64,000 bases of DNA from Raja brachyura. Its lineage: Eukaryota. Below, piece after piece: positions 13,078 to 26,590 of the stretch. How positions within the stretch are numbered: position 1 is the first letter of the stretch; every line of letters begins with the position of its first letter. The notes beneath the pieces are model-generated. The model saw nothing but the letters and a program-made list of their open reading frames with translations. It did not search any database and was not told the origin of the DNA. The translations under genes and the position numbers were made by a program. The stretch spans positions 17,794,001 to 17,858,000 of the forward strand of contig OY740800.1 in NCBI GenBank assembly GCA_963514005.1, given 5' to 3'.

Positions 13078-14699
13078 ATTTCCCTTAATCTCAAATTGAG
13101 CCTCTCACCAAAGTGAAATCAGCGAATAAGATTGGGGTGTGTCTGCATGATGTATAGTTACCAACGTAACTGCAAATACCAACTTTTATATCACTGGCTT
13201 CTAAACTGCTGCTGCAGATAAATATGATTCCACAGTTGGTGCCATGCAGCAACATGAGGGGGGTCATTCAACCTTTCCATGGAGGTTTAGTCTGCAAATG
13301 TCCCCACAGTTTAGCATGCCACTGATTGTGTGCATGTTATTTTGTGTCCACCTTTTGCACTCTGACATCTTACTGGATTGAGAGTAATTCCACTTTGTCA
13401 TTTTGTTTCTGATGTTTGATCATAATTGATACGTTGTCCTGGTGAGTTTCCTCATCATTTCCCGCGGTTCCAAGGGAACATAGATTCTGTCCCTCAGAAT
13501 CTTCTATCCGTACAGCCCTTTTTGCAATTTACCCATGGCGAATCGGTATGCATAAATCTCCGTTAAATCCTCAGCATTTTCTCCCTTAGGATCCTGAAAT
13601 AGATCCTGTCAGGCCCTGAGGACTTATTCATCCCAATTACTATGCTATTTTTATACTTCCGTTTTCCTGATACAATCACGTATACCCCGCCCTTCAGCCT
13701 CCACACCCTGGTGAATCCTGAGAAGTATTCACTCAGAACCTTGCACATATTCACTGGCTCCACACATAATTACCTTCTTGATTCTGATATACCTACATAT
13801 GATTTTAGAATTCTTATTAATACTAATTGTTAAGGCAATTTCATGGCATTTTAGCCTCTTAATCTTTCTTTTTTCCCTCCTATGTAAACCTCAAAAGACT
13901 CATTCAATACCAATTTCCGATTCTTGACACGTGCATCTTTATTTTCCCTGATTACACCTTCAATATTCTTCTATCTTACAATATTTGCTTCTTGCCCTTT
14001 ACGGAGAAATGCTGGCTCAGAATCGTTACCATCTCGCTTGTAAACGCCACCCCTCATTATTGTATGTCGTTATTCCTGTACAAACTTGACTTGGGATTTC
14101 AAGTACCAACTTGACTTGGGGCACTGCAGAGATCATGGCCCGTCTTCAATATGGAAAGAATTGTTACTTAACATAGAAACATAGAAAATAGGTGCAGGAG
14201 TAGACCATTCGGCCCTTCGAGCCAGCACCACCATTCTATATGATCATGGCTGATCATCCAAAATCAGTACCCCGTTCCTGCTTTTCCCCCATATACCTTG
14301 ACTGTTAACCCTAAGGGCTAAATCTAACTCTCTTGAAAACTAATATACCTATATAGGATACCTATTTATACTACTTCAAACAGTACAGCTATGAAGACCT
14401 GGCAACTATTTTTCTATCTTCGACTGCAGCACGTAGCTTTCAAAGAAAGGAAGTGCTCGGTGGACACATGTACTCTAACTTTGGGTATTAACATTTAAAG
14501 AAGCTTTGAAAATAGTCTGGTGGTCCATAGTTTACTTGCATTATGAGGTACATTCCTGAGAAAGTGGAAGTGTGTCCATAGCCCTGGTACTTGTTGCTCC
14601 CTCCAAGGATGACAATGTTTCTTTATCCACTAATGTGTTCCACAAAATGAAGGAATTGTGACTTCTTCTCTGAAAATTGATATTCATTGATGATCTTGT

Positions 14700-15400
14700 A
14701 CAAGGACTATCATGCCTCACAAATCTACTCACAAAAATGTTTTGAAGAGGTAAGTAAGAAAATGAAGGAAGAGACTGTAGTAGATATGGTTTACATAGAC
14801 TTCGGTATGGTTTTTAACATCCTCCTGCATGATAAACTGGTCCAGAAGATTAAAGCATGAGTCAGGAAGTGAGGATGCAGCTTTATGGGACTTTGGTTAG
14901 GCCTTATTTGGAGTATTGCGTGCTCCATTACAGAAAGAATGTGGGTGCTTTGCAGAGGGTGTACAAGAGGTTTAACAAAATGCCGTGTGAATTAGAGAGT
15001 ATTTTGCTATAAGGAGAGGTTGGATTGACTTGGGTTGCTTTCTCTGGAATGCCAGAGGTTGAGGGGGGACCTGATAGAAGTATATAAAATGATGAGAAAC
15101 ATACATAGGGTAGACAAAATGTTTAAGAAGGAACGGCAGATGCTGGAAAAAACGAAGATAGACAGTGTGAAGAAGGGTCTCGACCCGAAACGTCACCCAT
15201 TCCTTCGCCCCATAATTGCTGCCTCACCCGCTGAGTTTCTTCAGCTTTTTGTCTACCTTGGATAGGGTACACAGTCAGAACCTTTTTGCCCAGGGTAGAA
15301 ATGCTGAAAAGGTGTGGGCATAGATTTAAGTGAAAGGGACAAAGTTTAAAGGAACTGAGCGGGGGCAAATTTTCTTTTATGCAGTGTGACTGATGGGTGC
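14700..15400 (+). mobile_element. Decayed CR1 LINE RT/3' fragment, interrupted at 15117-15261
   Basis: Remnants such as SLECQRLRGDLIEVYKMMR and a V.YIDF..F-like segment. Confidence 0.7.
15117..15261 (+). mobile_element. Short Penelope-type repeat with hammerhead-like core, TSD-flanked
   Basis: Contains tgaagaagggtctcgacccgaaacgtc. Flanked by atagggtagaca (15105-15116) and atagggtacaca (15262-15273). Confidence 0.72.
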
Positions 15401-18400
15401 CCACATGTCCGAGAAACTACATTTGGAAAATATTAGGTTTGTCTAGGCAGAAAAACCAGATCAATTTTTCAAGACATGGACACCCTTCACCGAATTCTTA
15501 CAAGGATAGTATGGCGCAACACAAATCTAAATTTAAATCCGATTCTGGGTCCTTTTATCTCTACTTTATTTTCGGCCACACTACTTTGGTAGTCTAGGGG
15601 TTTTTTCTATGTGCTTTTTCGAGCTATCTTATCACTTCTCACTTTTTCCCTCTCTTGTTCTCTCTTTTCTTTCATTTTCAGGTTATAAGGTTTAAAATGA
15701 AGCTGTACAATAATTGTTTAATTTTAGATGTTGAATGTTTTATCTTTGTACAATTGCTTCTAATTAAAATAATTAAAATATATTTTTTAATGTTTTTTAA
15801 ATTTAAAAAAAAAGAGGAAAGTTTGCAGACGACATTCACCAGGATATTACCTCGGCTAGTTTTAAAGCTTGTTCTATAGGGAGAGGCTTGATATGCTGGA
15901 GTTTGGGATTCTGAGAGATAATCTTATTGGGGTAACCAAGATTAGGATGGACATGGATAAAGTGAACGCTCACACTGTTTTTCCCCCATGGTAGATGATT
16001 CTAAAATTAGTGGGCTTAAGGTGAGAGGAGAAAGATTTGAGGGGAACTCGGGCAACTTTTTAACTTAGGTGGTAGTCTGTATCTGGAATGAGCTTCCAGA
16101 ATAAGGTATAGAAGTGGATACAATTATGACATTTGGACAAATTGATAGGAATATGAGGGCTTTCAGCCAAATCCAAGCAAATGGGACCAGCCCTGAATGC
16201 CATTTTGGTTGGTATGGACAAGGTGGGCCAAAGTGTCTATTTCTGTGTTTTAAAGCCTAATGACTTGAAGACAGTGAGAATTGTGTGGAGTAGGTCAAGA
16301 AGTAACACACAATACGTGAGATGGGAGTAGTCTTTCTGCCATATGCTTTGTATTGCAGGAATATGCCTCTCAGCACTACTCGTGTATATATGTATTGTTT
16401 ACTTCATTTTATTATAAGATGACACAGTAATACTTCCTTTTATTATAAGGATAGAAATTGTTCAAACAGATATTTTTAATATCTAACGTGAAGTGAGCTG
16501 TATTAAACCAATAATTTAGGAAATCATGTTGGTTACAAAATATAAAGTATTTCTTGTATAAACAAGGAACTGCAGACCCTTAGGCTCCCGGCCCGAATTG
16601 TCGCTTATCCGTGTTCTCCTGGGATAATGTCTGACCCACTGAGCTTCCTCACGCATGCTGTGAATCATTTCTTCTTTGTTTGGCCTCGGTCAGTCATAGT
16701 CACCTGCATCAAACCACAAAACCAAATTTATCTAAATAGCCTATTGCATCCATTTGAATAATGTTGATTATGAATAATGTTGAGCTATGACTAGCGATGT
16801 TTTCAAGAGAGAGAGTTAGATATAGCTTACGGTTTACTGAATCTAGGGATATGGGGAGCAAGCAGGAATGGGGCACTGATTTTGGATGATCAGCCATGAT
16901 CATATTGAATGGCCATATTAATCATATTGAATATTGCTGGCACCATGAGGCCGAATGGACTACTCCTGCACCTCTTTGCTATGTTTCTATGTTTTGTCAT
17001 GGGCCTTCCTTTTGGCCTCACCCCACCCCAACCTAAATATGGACATAATATTTTAATATTTTGACCTTGCATATTTCCTATTTTGAAAATGTGCTGCTTA
17101 AGACTAAGGCTTGATTTGGCTGGAGAGTGTGGGTGGGCAGGGTTGCCGTGGTTAGTGTCAGGTTGAGAGCATTAACTATCTCTGTTGCGGCATTTTGAAA
17201 CATCATAAAGAAATATCACGGGGTTGTGACATTAATGTCTCCCTCATATTTGCTTCTGATTAAAAAGCCAGATCTAGAGTGGACAGTCATAGGAAATTAG
17301 ATGTTGCTCCCTCTTTCATTTTCTGACCATCTGGCAGTTTGCTTATGTACAATGAATTGACTTGTTGCTATGCTTTCCCCTGTTGGATGAACGTCACATC
17401 AGTCATTATAGCAGAAGGACTTACAGTGATGTAGTGAGTGTGGTAAGTTGTGGGGAAAAGAATCTTGTGACATTTTTTTAAAGGATCCAACCACTAAACC
17501 TCAGAGAATTATTCATGATCCAGTCATCTTCAACTGATTAATCAGTGACCTTTCCTGTATCATAAAGTCTGGAGTCAGGCTGCTAACGGACAGTTCTGGT
17601 GATAAATCTTTTCTCAACTTTTTTTCTCAACTTGAAACAGCTCAGACAGACCATTGAAACTCCTTGATTAGCATTCAGGCCTGGCCAACAAATGCAAGAT
17701 AACTTTCTTATCTCAAATGTGCAAAAAATGAACATTTTATTTATCAGTTTATTCTGAAGTAAGGTATATTTAAGTAGCAATTTGCATGGCATCCAACAGC
17801 ATTTCATATTATTGAAGTGTTTCATTGGGTCGTAAAGGTATTTAACATAGAAATAGACCCTTCGGTCCAATCCCATGCTCACCGAGGTGCCTTTCTGGGC
17901 TGGTCCAATTTGCCTGTATTTGACCCATATCCCTATAACATTTTCTATTCATGTATCTGTCCAATGTCTTTTAAACTTTGTAATTGTACTTGCCTCTACT
18001 ACTTCTTTTGACAGCTCATTCCGTAGACCCACCATCCTATATGTGAAAAACTCACCCCTGAGATCCCCTTTAAACTAACCCCCTCATCTTAAAACTATGC
18101 CCTCTAGTTTTAGATTCACCAACCCTGGGAAATCAACGGTAACTATTTACCTTTGCTCTCTGTGCCTCTAGTTATTTTATACATTTCTGAAGTATTGCAA
18201 TATAGGAAAATTCCAATCTTGGACAAAACTCTTTAACCGAGGGCAGCATGCATCATACTGTGTAGTAGTTCTGATATCTTTCCTTTACAGTGCATAGACA
18301 TGGACTTCAGCAGAGAGCATGTTATTTAACAGAAGTAGTATAACCAACTTCCATCAATAATTATTTTCTGGCAGGCTTAAACTACGTGGACACTTATTTA

Positions 18401-19330
18401 ATAAATAATAAAATTCCTAATATTGATATGGTCTATTTACGGTTCTATCGCCATCAACCAGCATTCTTCAGTGAGAACCTGAGAATCAGATTGGTGGCCT
18501 AGCTTCATCTCACACCAAGATGTGGGAGGTGCACCCTAACACTTAACTCAATCCTCAATTTTCACAAAAGCACAATTTATGCATTTATTTTCACTCCCAG
18601 AAGCTATTTTGGTTTCCACTTACGCTAATATTACAAATAGCGTATGACTCAAAAGTCCTGTTACACCCTTATGTAACAATTGCAAATTAATCATCTGTAC
18701 ATAAATCGGCTGTGCATTTTCATAACATTAGGTAGTCTGTGACCAAAGTCAATCAAACCTAATGCTGAAAGATCCATTCTTTCCTAAAGGTAGGTATTAA
18801 AGTAATAAATTAGAGGGAAAATGCTTTAAACAATTGGAAATCTTTCAGCATGCACTGCCGCCTACTGCTATCCTGCATAAGAAACCAACACTGAATAATT
18901 CGTAATGCTGGCTTGCTTAACAATTGATATGTTGATAATTAAGGGTTTTCAACAATTGACTTCAGGTACGAAGTCACACTTGTGAATTTTGATTACTCAT
19001 TAAATTGATCAAGGTGATTATGCTGCAAAACCTTTCCTATGTAATTATTTGACTTAGATAATTTTTCTATTAATCAAATAGACTTCTTGGGTGGTTCTTG
19101 ATTATATTATTAATTTCCCTGCCATGTGGAAAACAAAAATTATACCTTTGTACCTGAGCAAATGGTGTTCCTATTGCTTAGTCATATGTTGCACTTATTT
19201 CCTGGCCATTGATTCTACCAAACGCTGGCAAGAGTGAACATACTTGATTGCGATGAGTATGGATTGTAACCCCCTCGTTGTTCCTGTCACATATTTTGAA
19301 ATGAAATATGCTGTTGTTTGCTCGATGCAG

Positions 19331-19465
19331 GTCGAGTTTAATGGTAATGAAGACTCTGTGTTTTTCGCTGATGGTCAACGTCGAATTGACTTTATATTGG
19401 TTTACGAGGAGGAGCAGAGGAAACAAGGTGATCAAAAGAAAATGAGATCAATTCTAAGCAAAAAG
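19331..19465 (+). CDS. ANO6: ANO6 exon (~3)
   Basis: cag|VEFNGNEDSVFFADGQRRIDFILVYEEE...LSKK|gtatg; 135 nt. Confidence 0.9.
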
Positions 19466-19799
19466 GTATGACTTGTTAATTCTACTAGTACTTAAGTACA
19501 CTTTCCATCACCATTGAGCTGCAAGCTAGATTTTTGTTTTCTCCGACCAAGTACCTAACTAAATGACTATTATTGGAGAAATATGTTGCATTATTCTCAT
19601 TCCATCATCCCCACAGTTTAACTGTTAATTTAGGTTCAGTTCTATAATTATCATGTGTTCTGGGTTACACTGAAAAACTTTGTTAAACATGCTATCCAAA
19701 AAGATCAGATATATAGATAAATAAATGTAATCAGTGCAAGATCAATACTAGAGAGAAAGCAAATATGCAGTTTCATTTAATTTTAATTACTGATGTGAT

Positions 19800-20050
19800 T
19801 TTCTACGGGTGCTATCTGTACAATGTACGTTCTCCTTGTGACTGTGTAGGTGTTCTCCAGGTGCTCTGGTTTCCTCTCACATTCCAAGACATGCAGGTTT
19901 GTAGGTTAATTGGCTTCTATAAATTGCTGTGTATATGATGCAAAACTGGGATAACATAGAACTAGGGTACAAGTGATCGTTGGTCGGCATGGACTCAGTG
20001 GGCAGAAGGGCCCGTTTCCACACTGTATCTCTAAACTAATGAAACTAAAC
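19800..20050 (+). mobile_element. HE1/V-SINE-like SINE, 5'-degraded
   Basis: Core ctccaggtgctctggtttcctctcaca, tail gggcagaagggcccgtttccacactgtatctctaaact. Confidence 0.75.
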
Positions 20051-23000
20051 TTAGATCCTAATAGTTTACAAAAAAAGTAGAAATTTGTTGAATGCATTGT
20101 TTTGTACAATCTCTTACATGTTTGGCGACCCTGGTAATAATTAAGGGTTTTCAACTTTAATTTGATGAGTAATAAACTGATTTAAATGGAAAGAGAAGCC
20201 TGAGGTTCAAGAACGTGACCTCTGGGATCAACTGTAATGCAAATGGAATGTCAATGGAAGTTATAATTAGATTAGTTGTGGTAATGTGCAGTTTACAGAT
20301 TCGCCAGTACATTACTTCAATGTGTTTAAGTGCAGAGCAATACAAAACCACCATAGAAACGGATTCAAACACCAATAGGATTGAAGCCTGGAATGTTGCT
20401 TTGGCACAGTTGAGGCGACTGGTTAGCAATGTGTTTTCTTTGTGCTAACTATGACACCAACCAGAACCAGGTTTCCCTCCAGATTCACATAGGCTTCCGT
20501 ATAGTTGATATCGTGCTCAATTACCGTGTTTGTAACAGCTGTTGCTCTCAAGGAAAAATGTGGAATTATTTTTTTGTGCCCATATTCAGACAGTTAATGA
20601 GCTTTCTTGAGATGCTCAGTCTGTTGAGAATCAATCAAATTTCCAACCCAAGTCTCACTATCTGCAGTAGCCCTAGGTCTGGGAACCGGAGCTTTTATAC
20701 ATCAAGCAGCCCCCCCCCCCCCCCGCCCTCCTCCTGCCCACTCCCCATCACCTCACTTTCATCCAATGTGGAATAGAAGAATATACTCGATGATTCATGT
20801 AATGGTGTTCAGTTTCGGAAGGATTTCTAAACAAAACGTAGATGATCATGAGTACAAAGTATTCCTGTGGGTTTTGAAGTTAATGTTGCAGACTTCTAAG
20901 GCTACTCTCCTTCCTAACAGTATAGAATTGGGTCACCAGCAGGGTGATAGACTCCAAAAACATTATCAAAAAGATATAATCCTGCAAGCATAGCCAATGG
21001 CATAATTGGAGGAGGACCCTGCAGGGTTCTCCCATTTTAGGCACATCACCAGATGCTTCTATATTTTTTCTTTTTATGTTACGTTTCTGGATATAATTTA
21101 TGGCTGAATGTTTGAAACACTACGTTATTTTTAGATAGTCAGTTGTAGATGTGTACTTCCTCATTCTTTGAGAGTGACTTACATAAAAACAGGCAGCCAC
21201 GGTTGGGAGACCACGGTTCCTTAAATATTTGATGGCATTCTCAAGTCTTAATATTGATACAGTGTTAATATGATTGGATGCACATGGTTGGGTTCACATG
21301 CCTCAGCCCATTTCTCTTAAAGCCAGAACCTGTGTGAGATGTTTCCACTAGTGGGCGAGTCACGGATAAGTGGTGGTTGCTACAAAATGAGGGACTAGTC
21401 ATTCAAAGCTGATTTGCATAGAAACCTCTTCTCTCAGAGGCTGGTGAATTTCCGGAACTTGCTGTTCTTGTGCGTGGTGAAGACTAGTTCATTAGAAATA
21501 TTTAGTTAAGATAGGTAAATATTTGAAAGAATGAGGAATTAAACATTATGGGGAACTGGCAATTTAGTTTAAAGTGAGAATACTCTTTGTATTTTGAGAA
21601 CAACATGGAAAGATGACTATTGCCTCTTTGGAGGATTGGAGTGATCTACAAAAACTACTCGGTGGAAAAAATCCTACATTGCACCATTTGCAGGAGCTTC
21701 TTCAGCTCAATATTTATCAGGATAAATAATGATTGTTTCACACTTGAATGGTCTCTGCAAATCCATGTAAGCAAAGGTTAGTTGTTAGTGACAATAATAA
21801 AACAGAGTTGTGGTTGCTGATAGATTTGATACTGCCATAAGTATACCCAGAGCACTTTCTATACATTTGGTAAAGCAAAAACAATTGAACATGTATTGGA
21901 CCAGAGCAAATTAACAAGGTAAGTTGATTATTAACTCAATTTTCTAAAGCATGTTCAGTAAAACTGATAATCCACTACCTCACCATTCAGAAATCCCAAT
22001 AGTTCATCATCTGGCTCACTGAGTGCTGATTCCTGTGCACCCTTCCGCTCATTTTGGTCCATTCTGTGGTCCCTTTTATTCAACGGAGCCTTGTTTCCTA
22101 GTTTCCATCTCCCTTTCACCCACCGGATTCCCAGTTCCTCCACACTTGATTCTGTTTTTCACATTCCCTTGAAACTTATTGCGGTCTTGTTTCTTGCATT
22201 CCCTATAAACTAACCAGGTTCACTGGAAAAAGTATTATTCAACTGTGTTATTTAAAATTAAAAAAAAGTGAATTAAATATGTGTTAAAGCATTAATAGAA
22301 TAGCAACCCATTGTCTGGAAAATCAGCTCTTGTGGCACAGCAAAGTCCAGAGCATGCCAGATTAACAAGGTTTTACTCTATGTTTTTTTTTAGAGAAACG
22401 CTGTCTAGCAGTAAATGACAGCAATGAAAATGATAAAATATAAAAACTGCAGGAGATAAAAATCTGGAATAAAAATTGATAATAGTGGCAACTGCATGTG
22501 AAAAGAGAAGTGCTTTGTTCAGTTTTCAAATGGAGAACATTCATCGACTCAGCATCCTACACAAATGAAATCAACATCTCTCAACCCATGACCAAGTCAT
22601 ATGAAATCTTCCTGCACACTGGAAAGATTAAAGCCATAATTTTCTGCCACCGTAATGGATTCCCTTGAAATCGCCTTCTTTAATTCTGAATACATGTTCC
22701 CTCCTCTCCTAACTCAAACTTGGAGTCTGCTTATTCTAATTGTTTGCGTACATTTGTTTATTTAATTCTTAGAAGTAACGTATTAAAGTTTATTTTCATT
22801 TTTAATATGTCTTAGTAGAATTTATATTTCTTAGATTCATTGGGAAATTGTACAATAACAGATTCCATTATAACATGTCTTATTTTTTCAGTGTGGGTAT
22901 GACATGTTGGCTTTGCCTCGTTACGTGAGTTTTTGGAAGGACCCCGTCTCTCATTATGTCTCTAATGGTGGTTTCCAACATTTTCTCTTTGACTGATGTG

Positions 23001-23772
23001 CACACCATGCCCGGCACAGGAATGGGCAACTGACCAACAGGTGCAGAGGACGGAGTAGCCACTGGAGCAGGTACCCTAGACGGAGGGTGCCCTCGCTTAC
23101 GGGGCCACGCCACCAGCACCGGCCGATCAGCATGCGCCGACTTCAGCTGCGCAACCGAAACAGTCTCATGCCGACCCCCCCCCCATGTCCAGGACAGATG
23201 TAGATGAACCATGCTCTAGGACTCGGAAGGGACCCTCGTTCGGCCGCTGGAGAGGTGTCCGATGAGCATCCCTACGAAGGAAAATGAACTGGCAGTCCTC
23301 CAGAGCAGAGGGAACGTGCGGACGGAAGGACCCATGACGATAGGTGGGCACCGGCGCCTGCTTGCCCACCATCTGCCGAAGACGTTGCAGAGCGTCCGAA
23401 GGCTGCTCCACCTGGCCCCGTGCTGGCGGGATGAACTCCCCGGGCACCGTCAACGGAGACCCATACACCAACTCGGCGGAGGGGGAGGCCAAGTCTTCCT
23501 TGGGTGCAGTGCGGATCACCAGCAAAACCCACGGCAGGACATCCACCCAGTGCGGATCATTGAGCCGTGCTCTGTGGGCATCCTTGAGTTGGTGGAGAAA
23601 CCGCTTCATCAGGCCGTTCGCCTGCGGATGAAACGCCATTGTGTGGTGTAGGCGAACCTCCAGGAGGCGTGCCATGGCCGACCACAGTTCCGATGAGTCG
23701 CGGAAACCCATTGGAGACATCGCACAGCAGCGTTGCGCCCCCAGGAGTGTCCTAACCCCCAGGGACTGCCAC
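23001..23772 (-). mobile_element. Gypsy LTR-retrotransposon integrase fragment
   Basis: HHTMAFHPQANGLMKRF..LK, LPWVLL.IRT.PKED..SAELVYG, and a C-terminal EGPFRVL motif. Frameshifted, GC-rich island. Confidence 0.85.
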
Positions 23773-23934
23773 AATATAAAGGAGATACATTTGCCTTTTT
23801 CCAATGTAATGAAACCGCCTCCAAATCTTAGAAAATTAAAACCAACTATTTCACTAGTCGCTTCTTTAAGGCCCTTGGATGAGAACTATCAGGACCTGAG
23901 GATTGGTCAGCCGTTGATCAGTACCACTACCTAA

Positions 23935-24108
23935 ATTTTAGTTTAGTTCAGAGACACAGCGCGGAAACAGGCCCTTCGGCCCACCGAGTCTGTGCCAACC
24001 AGCGATCCCCGCACATTAACACTATCCTACACACAATTTACACTTATTCCAAGCCAATTTACCTCCATACCTGTACGCCTTTGGAGTGTGGGTGAAAACC
24101 GAAGGTCT
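23935..24108 (-). mobile_element. HE1/V-SINE-like SINE 3' half
   Basis: tttagtttag tail, then aacaggcccttcggcccaccgagtc. Confidence 0.75.
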
Positions 24109-25081
24109 CTTAACTTCTTAATCTCTTAACCTGTGTGTGGTATAGGACTTTTGTATGTCTAACCAGAGCAGGACTTTTACACAATAAATGGTAGAGACCA
24201 GGAGGGTGTTGCAGAATAGAGAGATCTGCAGGTGCAGAGGTGGCTGAAGGGCAACTTTATTGAGATATATGTGATCAGGAGGAGCATTGAAAAAAGTGAA
24301 CACTCACAGTCTTTTTCCCAGCTTGGAGGATTCTAAAACCAGAGGGCAAATTCTTAAATTGCGAGGCAAAATATTTAAGTGGGACCTCAGGTAACTGTTT
24401 CACTCCGAAGGTAGTCCACAGCTAGAATGTGCTGCCAGTGGAAGCTATAGATGTGGTTACAATTACGACTTTTTGGACAGATATTTGGATATGAAGGGTT
24501 CATAGTTCTATGGGCCAAGTGCAGGCAAATGTGAGTAACCCAGAATGCCAACTCAGTTGGTATGGTCAAGATGGGCTGAAGGGCCTGTATAGCTCTATGA
24601 CTCCAATGCTCTATTGCATTGAAAAAGACTCTGTCACAATGTAATGGGCCTTCTCTTAGTAGCATGTCATTTTTCATTAAATATGATTTGCCTATCAAGC
24701 CTTTGTTAGGGGCTCTCAATATGTCATTATGTAAGGCTGTACATGTCTGTCAGCTTAAATCAACATACTCATAAGTTAGAACAGAGCTAAATTGCAAAAT
24801 GTTCTTCTGTATAATCATGTAATTTTTGTTACGCACAAGCAAAATGAAGCCAACTGAAGTAAGGGACAAATGTCCGTGAGTGGGAATCAATTTCTTTTCA
24901 GGTTTTACTCAGATGTGCACTACAATAATTAGGAGTGACCATGTGATATATGTATTTGAAAGTTTAGCCTCCAAGACAAAATATTATTTATCTTTCTTGT
25001 TGCATAAATGTGATGGGTGGGTGGGTGTAATGTGAACTTGGGGGAGCCTCTGACATTTTCTATGTTTTTTTAATTGTGCAG

Positions 25082-25147
25082 AGGAAAAGAGCTCTCTTTC
25101 AAGAAAACTTAAAGACAGCAGGTCTGCAGATAGAAGCTACAAGATCG
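25082..25147 (+). CDS. ANO6: ANO6 exon (~4)
   Basis: cag|RKRALFQENLKTAGLQIEATRS|gtgagt; 66 nt. Confidence 0.9.
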
Positions 25148-26029
25148 GTGAGTACTCATTCAAATGTTTCACCTCCTGCTGAAAGGATGTTGACTAAAAC
25201 ATTAATCTGAAAGTATCACTGTTTTTTCTGTGAGATCTTTGTTTTTAAAGGCATTTTAGTCTCTTGACTTGACTCTTGGCCTTCTTTTCTCATGGACTTG
25301 CTGCTTAGCTCCCAGCCCCAACTCGTGTGTTATTCCAAACCAATGTTGGCCCATGTGCAGCTAAAGCTTGTACTGCTGTTTCTTTGGCTTAATATCCCTT
25401 CATATTCTTTGACCAAACTCCTCAGTCCAATGCTCTCCTGCCCTATTGCCAATGTATTTTGCCACCAACTACATTGATTTTATCAGTTATGGCATAGCAT
25501 TTAAACACCTTGAGGTTATGCTAGATTGGTGTAAAACTAGGTCAGCACTGGGTACTGTTTCGTTCTACCAACCCCCCATCCCACCACCCTCTTCCCCAGT
25601 CTCCTCATTCCCTTCCACCACCCTACTCTCCCAGTTCCCAAACACAGGGTGGCACTACAAAGGGTGGGTGAGATATGACACCAGTGTATGTGTAAATTAA
25701 ACACAGATATTGGGGGATGAGAATGGTTTGTGTGAGTTACAAAAGACTATTAGAAAACAATGCAGGGTGAATCGGAAGAATCTGGTTCATTTTACAGAGA
25801 GATTGACAAAGAGGAAATATGTATTTAAGTTAAGTGATGGAAAGACTTACAGGGGAGGGAGGGAAAGGAGAGGAGCTGAGGAAAAATCTTTTAATTTAGA
25901 AAGTGCTGGGAGCCTGGAACCCCCTGCCTAAAGGAGTGGCTGGAGGTTTTATCATGTTCATGGGATGAATGTGTGTTTAAAGGGCCATAATCAACAAGGC
26001 TACTGAGAATTGTGAAATAGTAATAATAT

Positions 26030-26590
26030 TAATAACGTTCCAGAAAAATACCTCATATTCCACTTTTGTCCACAACCCAGGGCATGAACATTGGATTCGC
26101 CAATTTCCAGTAAAGCCCCCCCCCATTTCATCCCACCCTGCCTGTGCAGATCTTTCTTTCCATTCCCCTGCCCCACCACTGAGTTTCCATCCTCTCATCA
26201 TCTGTTCATCTCCTATCCCTCCCCACTCTCGGTCTTCCATTGTGCTTTCAACCCCCACCCCGCTATCTCCCTTTTTAACTCCCCACATTCCCGTCCACCC
26301 TCCAACACCCCCAGTTTCCCCCCACTCCTGCTCCCTCCCTCCCCTCACCTCCATCACCCCATTCTCTTCTACCCAGCATTCCTCCCTCCGGTTCTACATT
26401 TCACTCCCCATCTTCCTTCTTCATCAGATTCCTCAATCTTCATGCCCTTATCTTCTCCACGTATCATCCTCTCCCATCTCTCTCTCACCTGACTCATCTG
26501 CCGATCAACCCCTCCCCAGTTTATCCACTCATCAATAGCTACTTCTTGCCTCACTTCCCTCTACCAGCCAATTCCCCCTCTACTCTAATC
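26030..26590 (+). mobile_element. Penelope-like element 3' remnant with C/T-rich tract
   Basis: Degenerate end of a GIY-YIG ORF (cctcatattc...ggcatgaacattggattcgccaatttccagtaa), followed by ~480 nt of pyrimidine-rich low-complexity sequence. Confidence 0.5.

Noticed and set aside
1-19330. Search for ANO6 exons 1-2 upstream of the first identified exon
   Set aside because: Several acceptor-like sites (e.g. ~4427, ~8079, ~10942, ~18290) were tried. None gave a convincing open ~80-nt exon with a donor. These exons are poorly conserved and may be missed or lie outside the window.
25977-26554. Overlapping Pro/Gly-rich ORFs
   Set aside because: Products of a low-complexity C/T tract.
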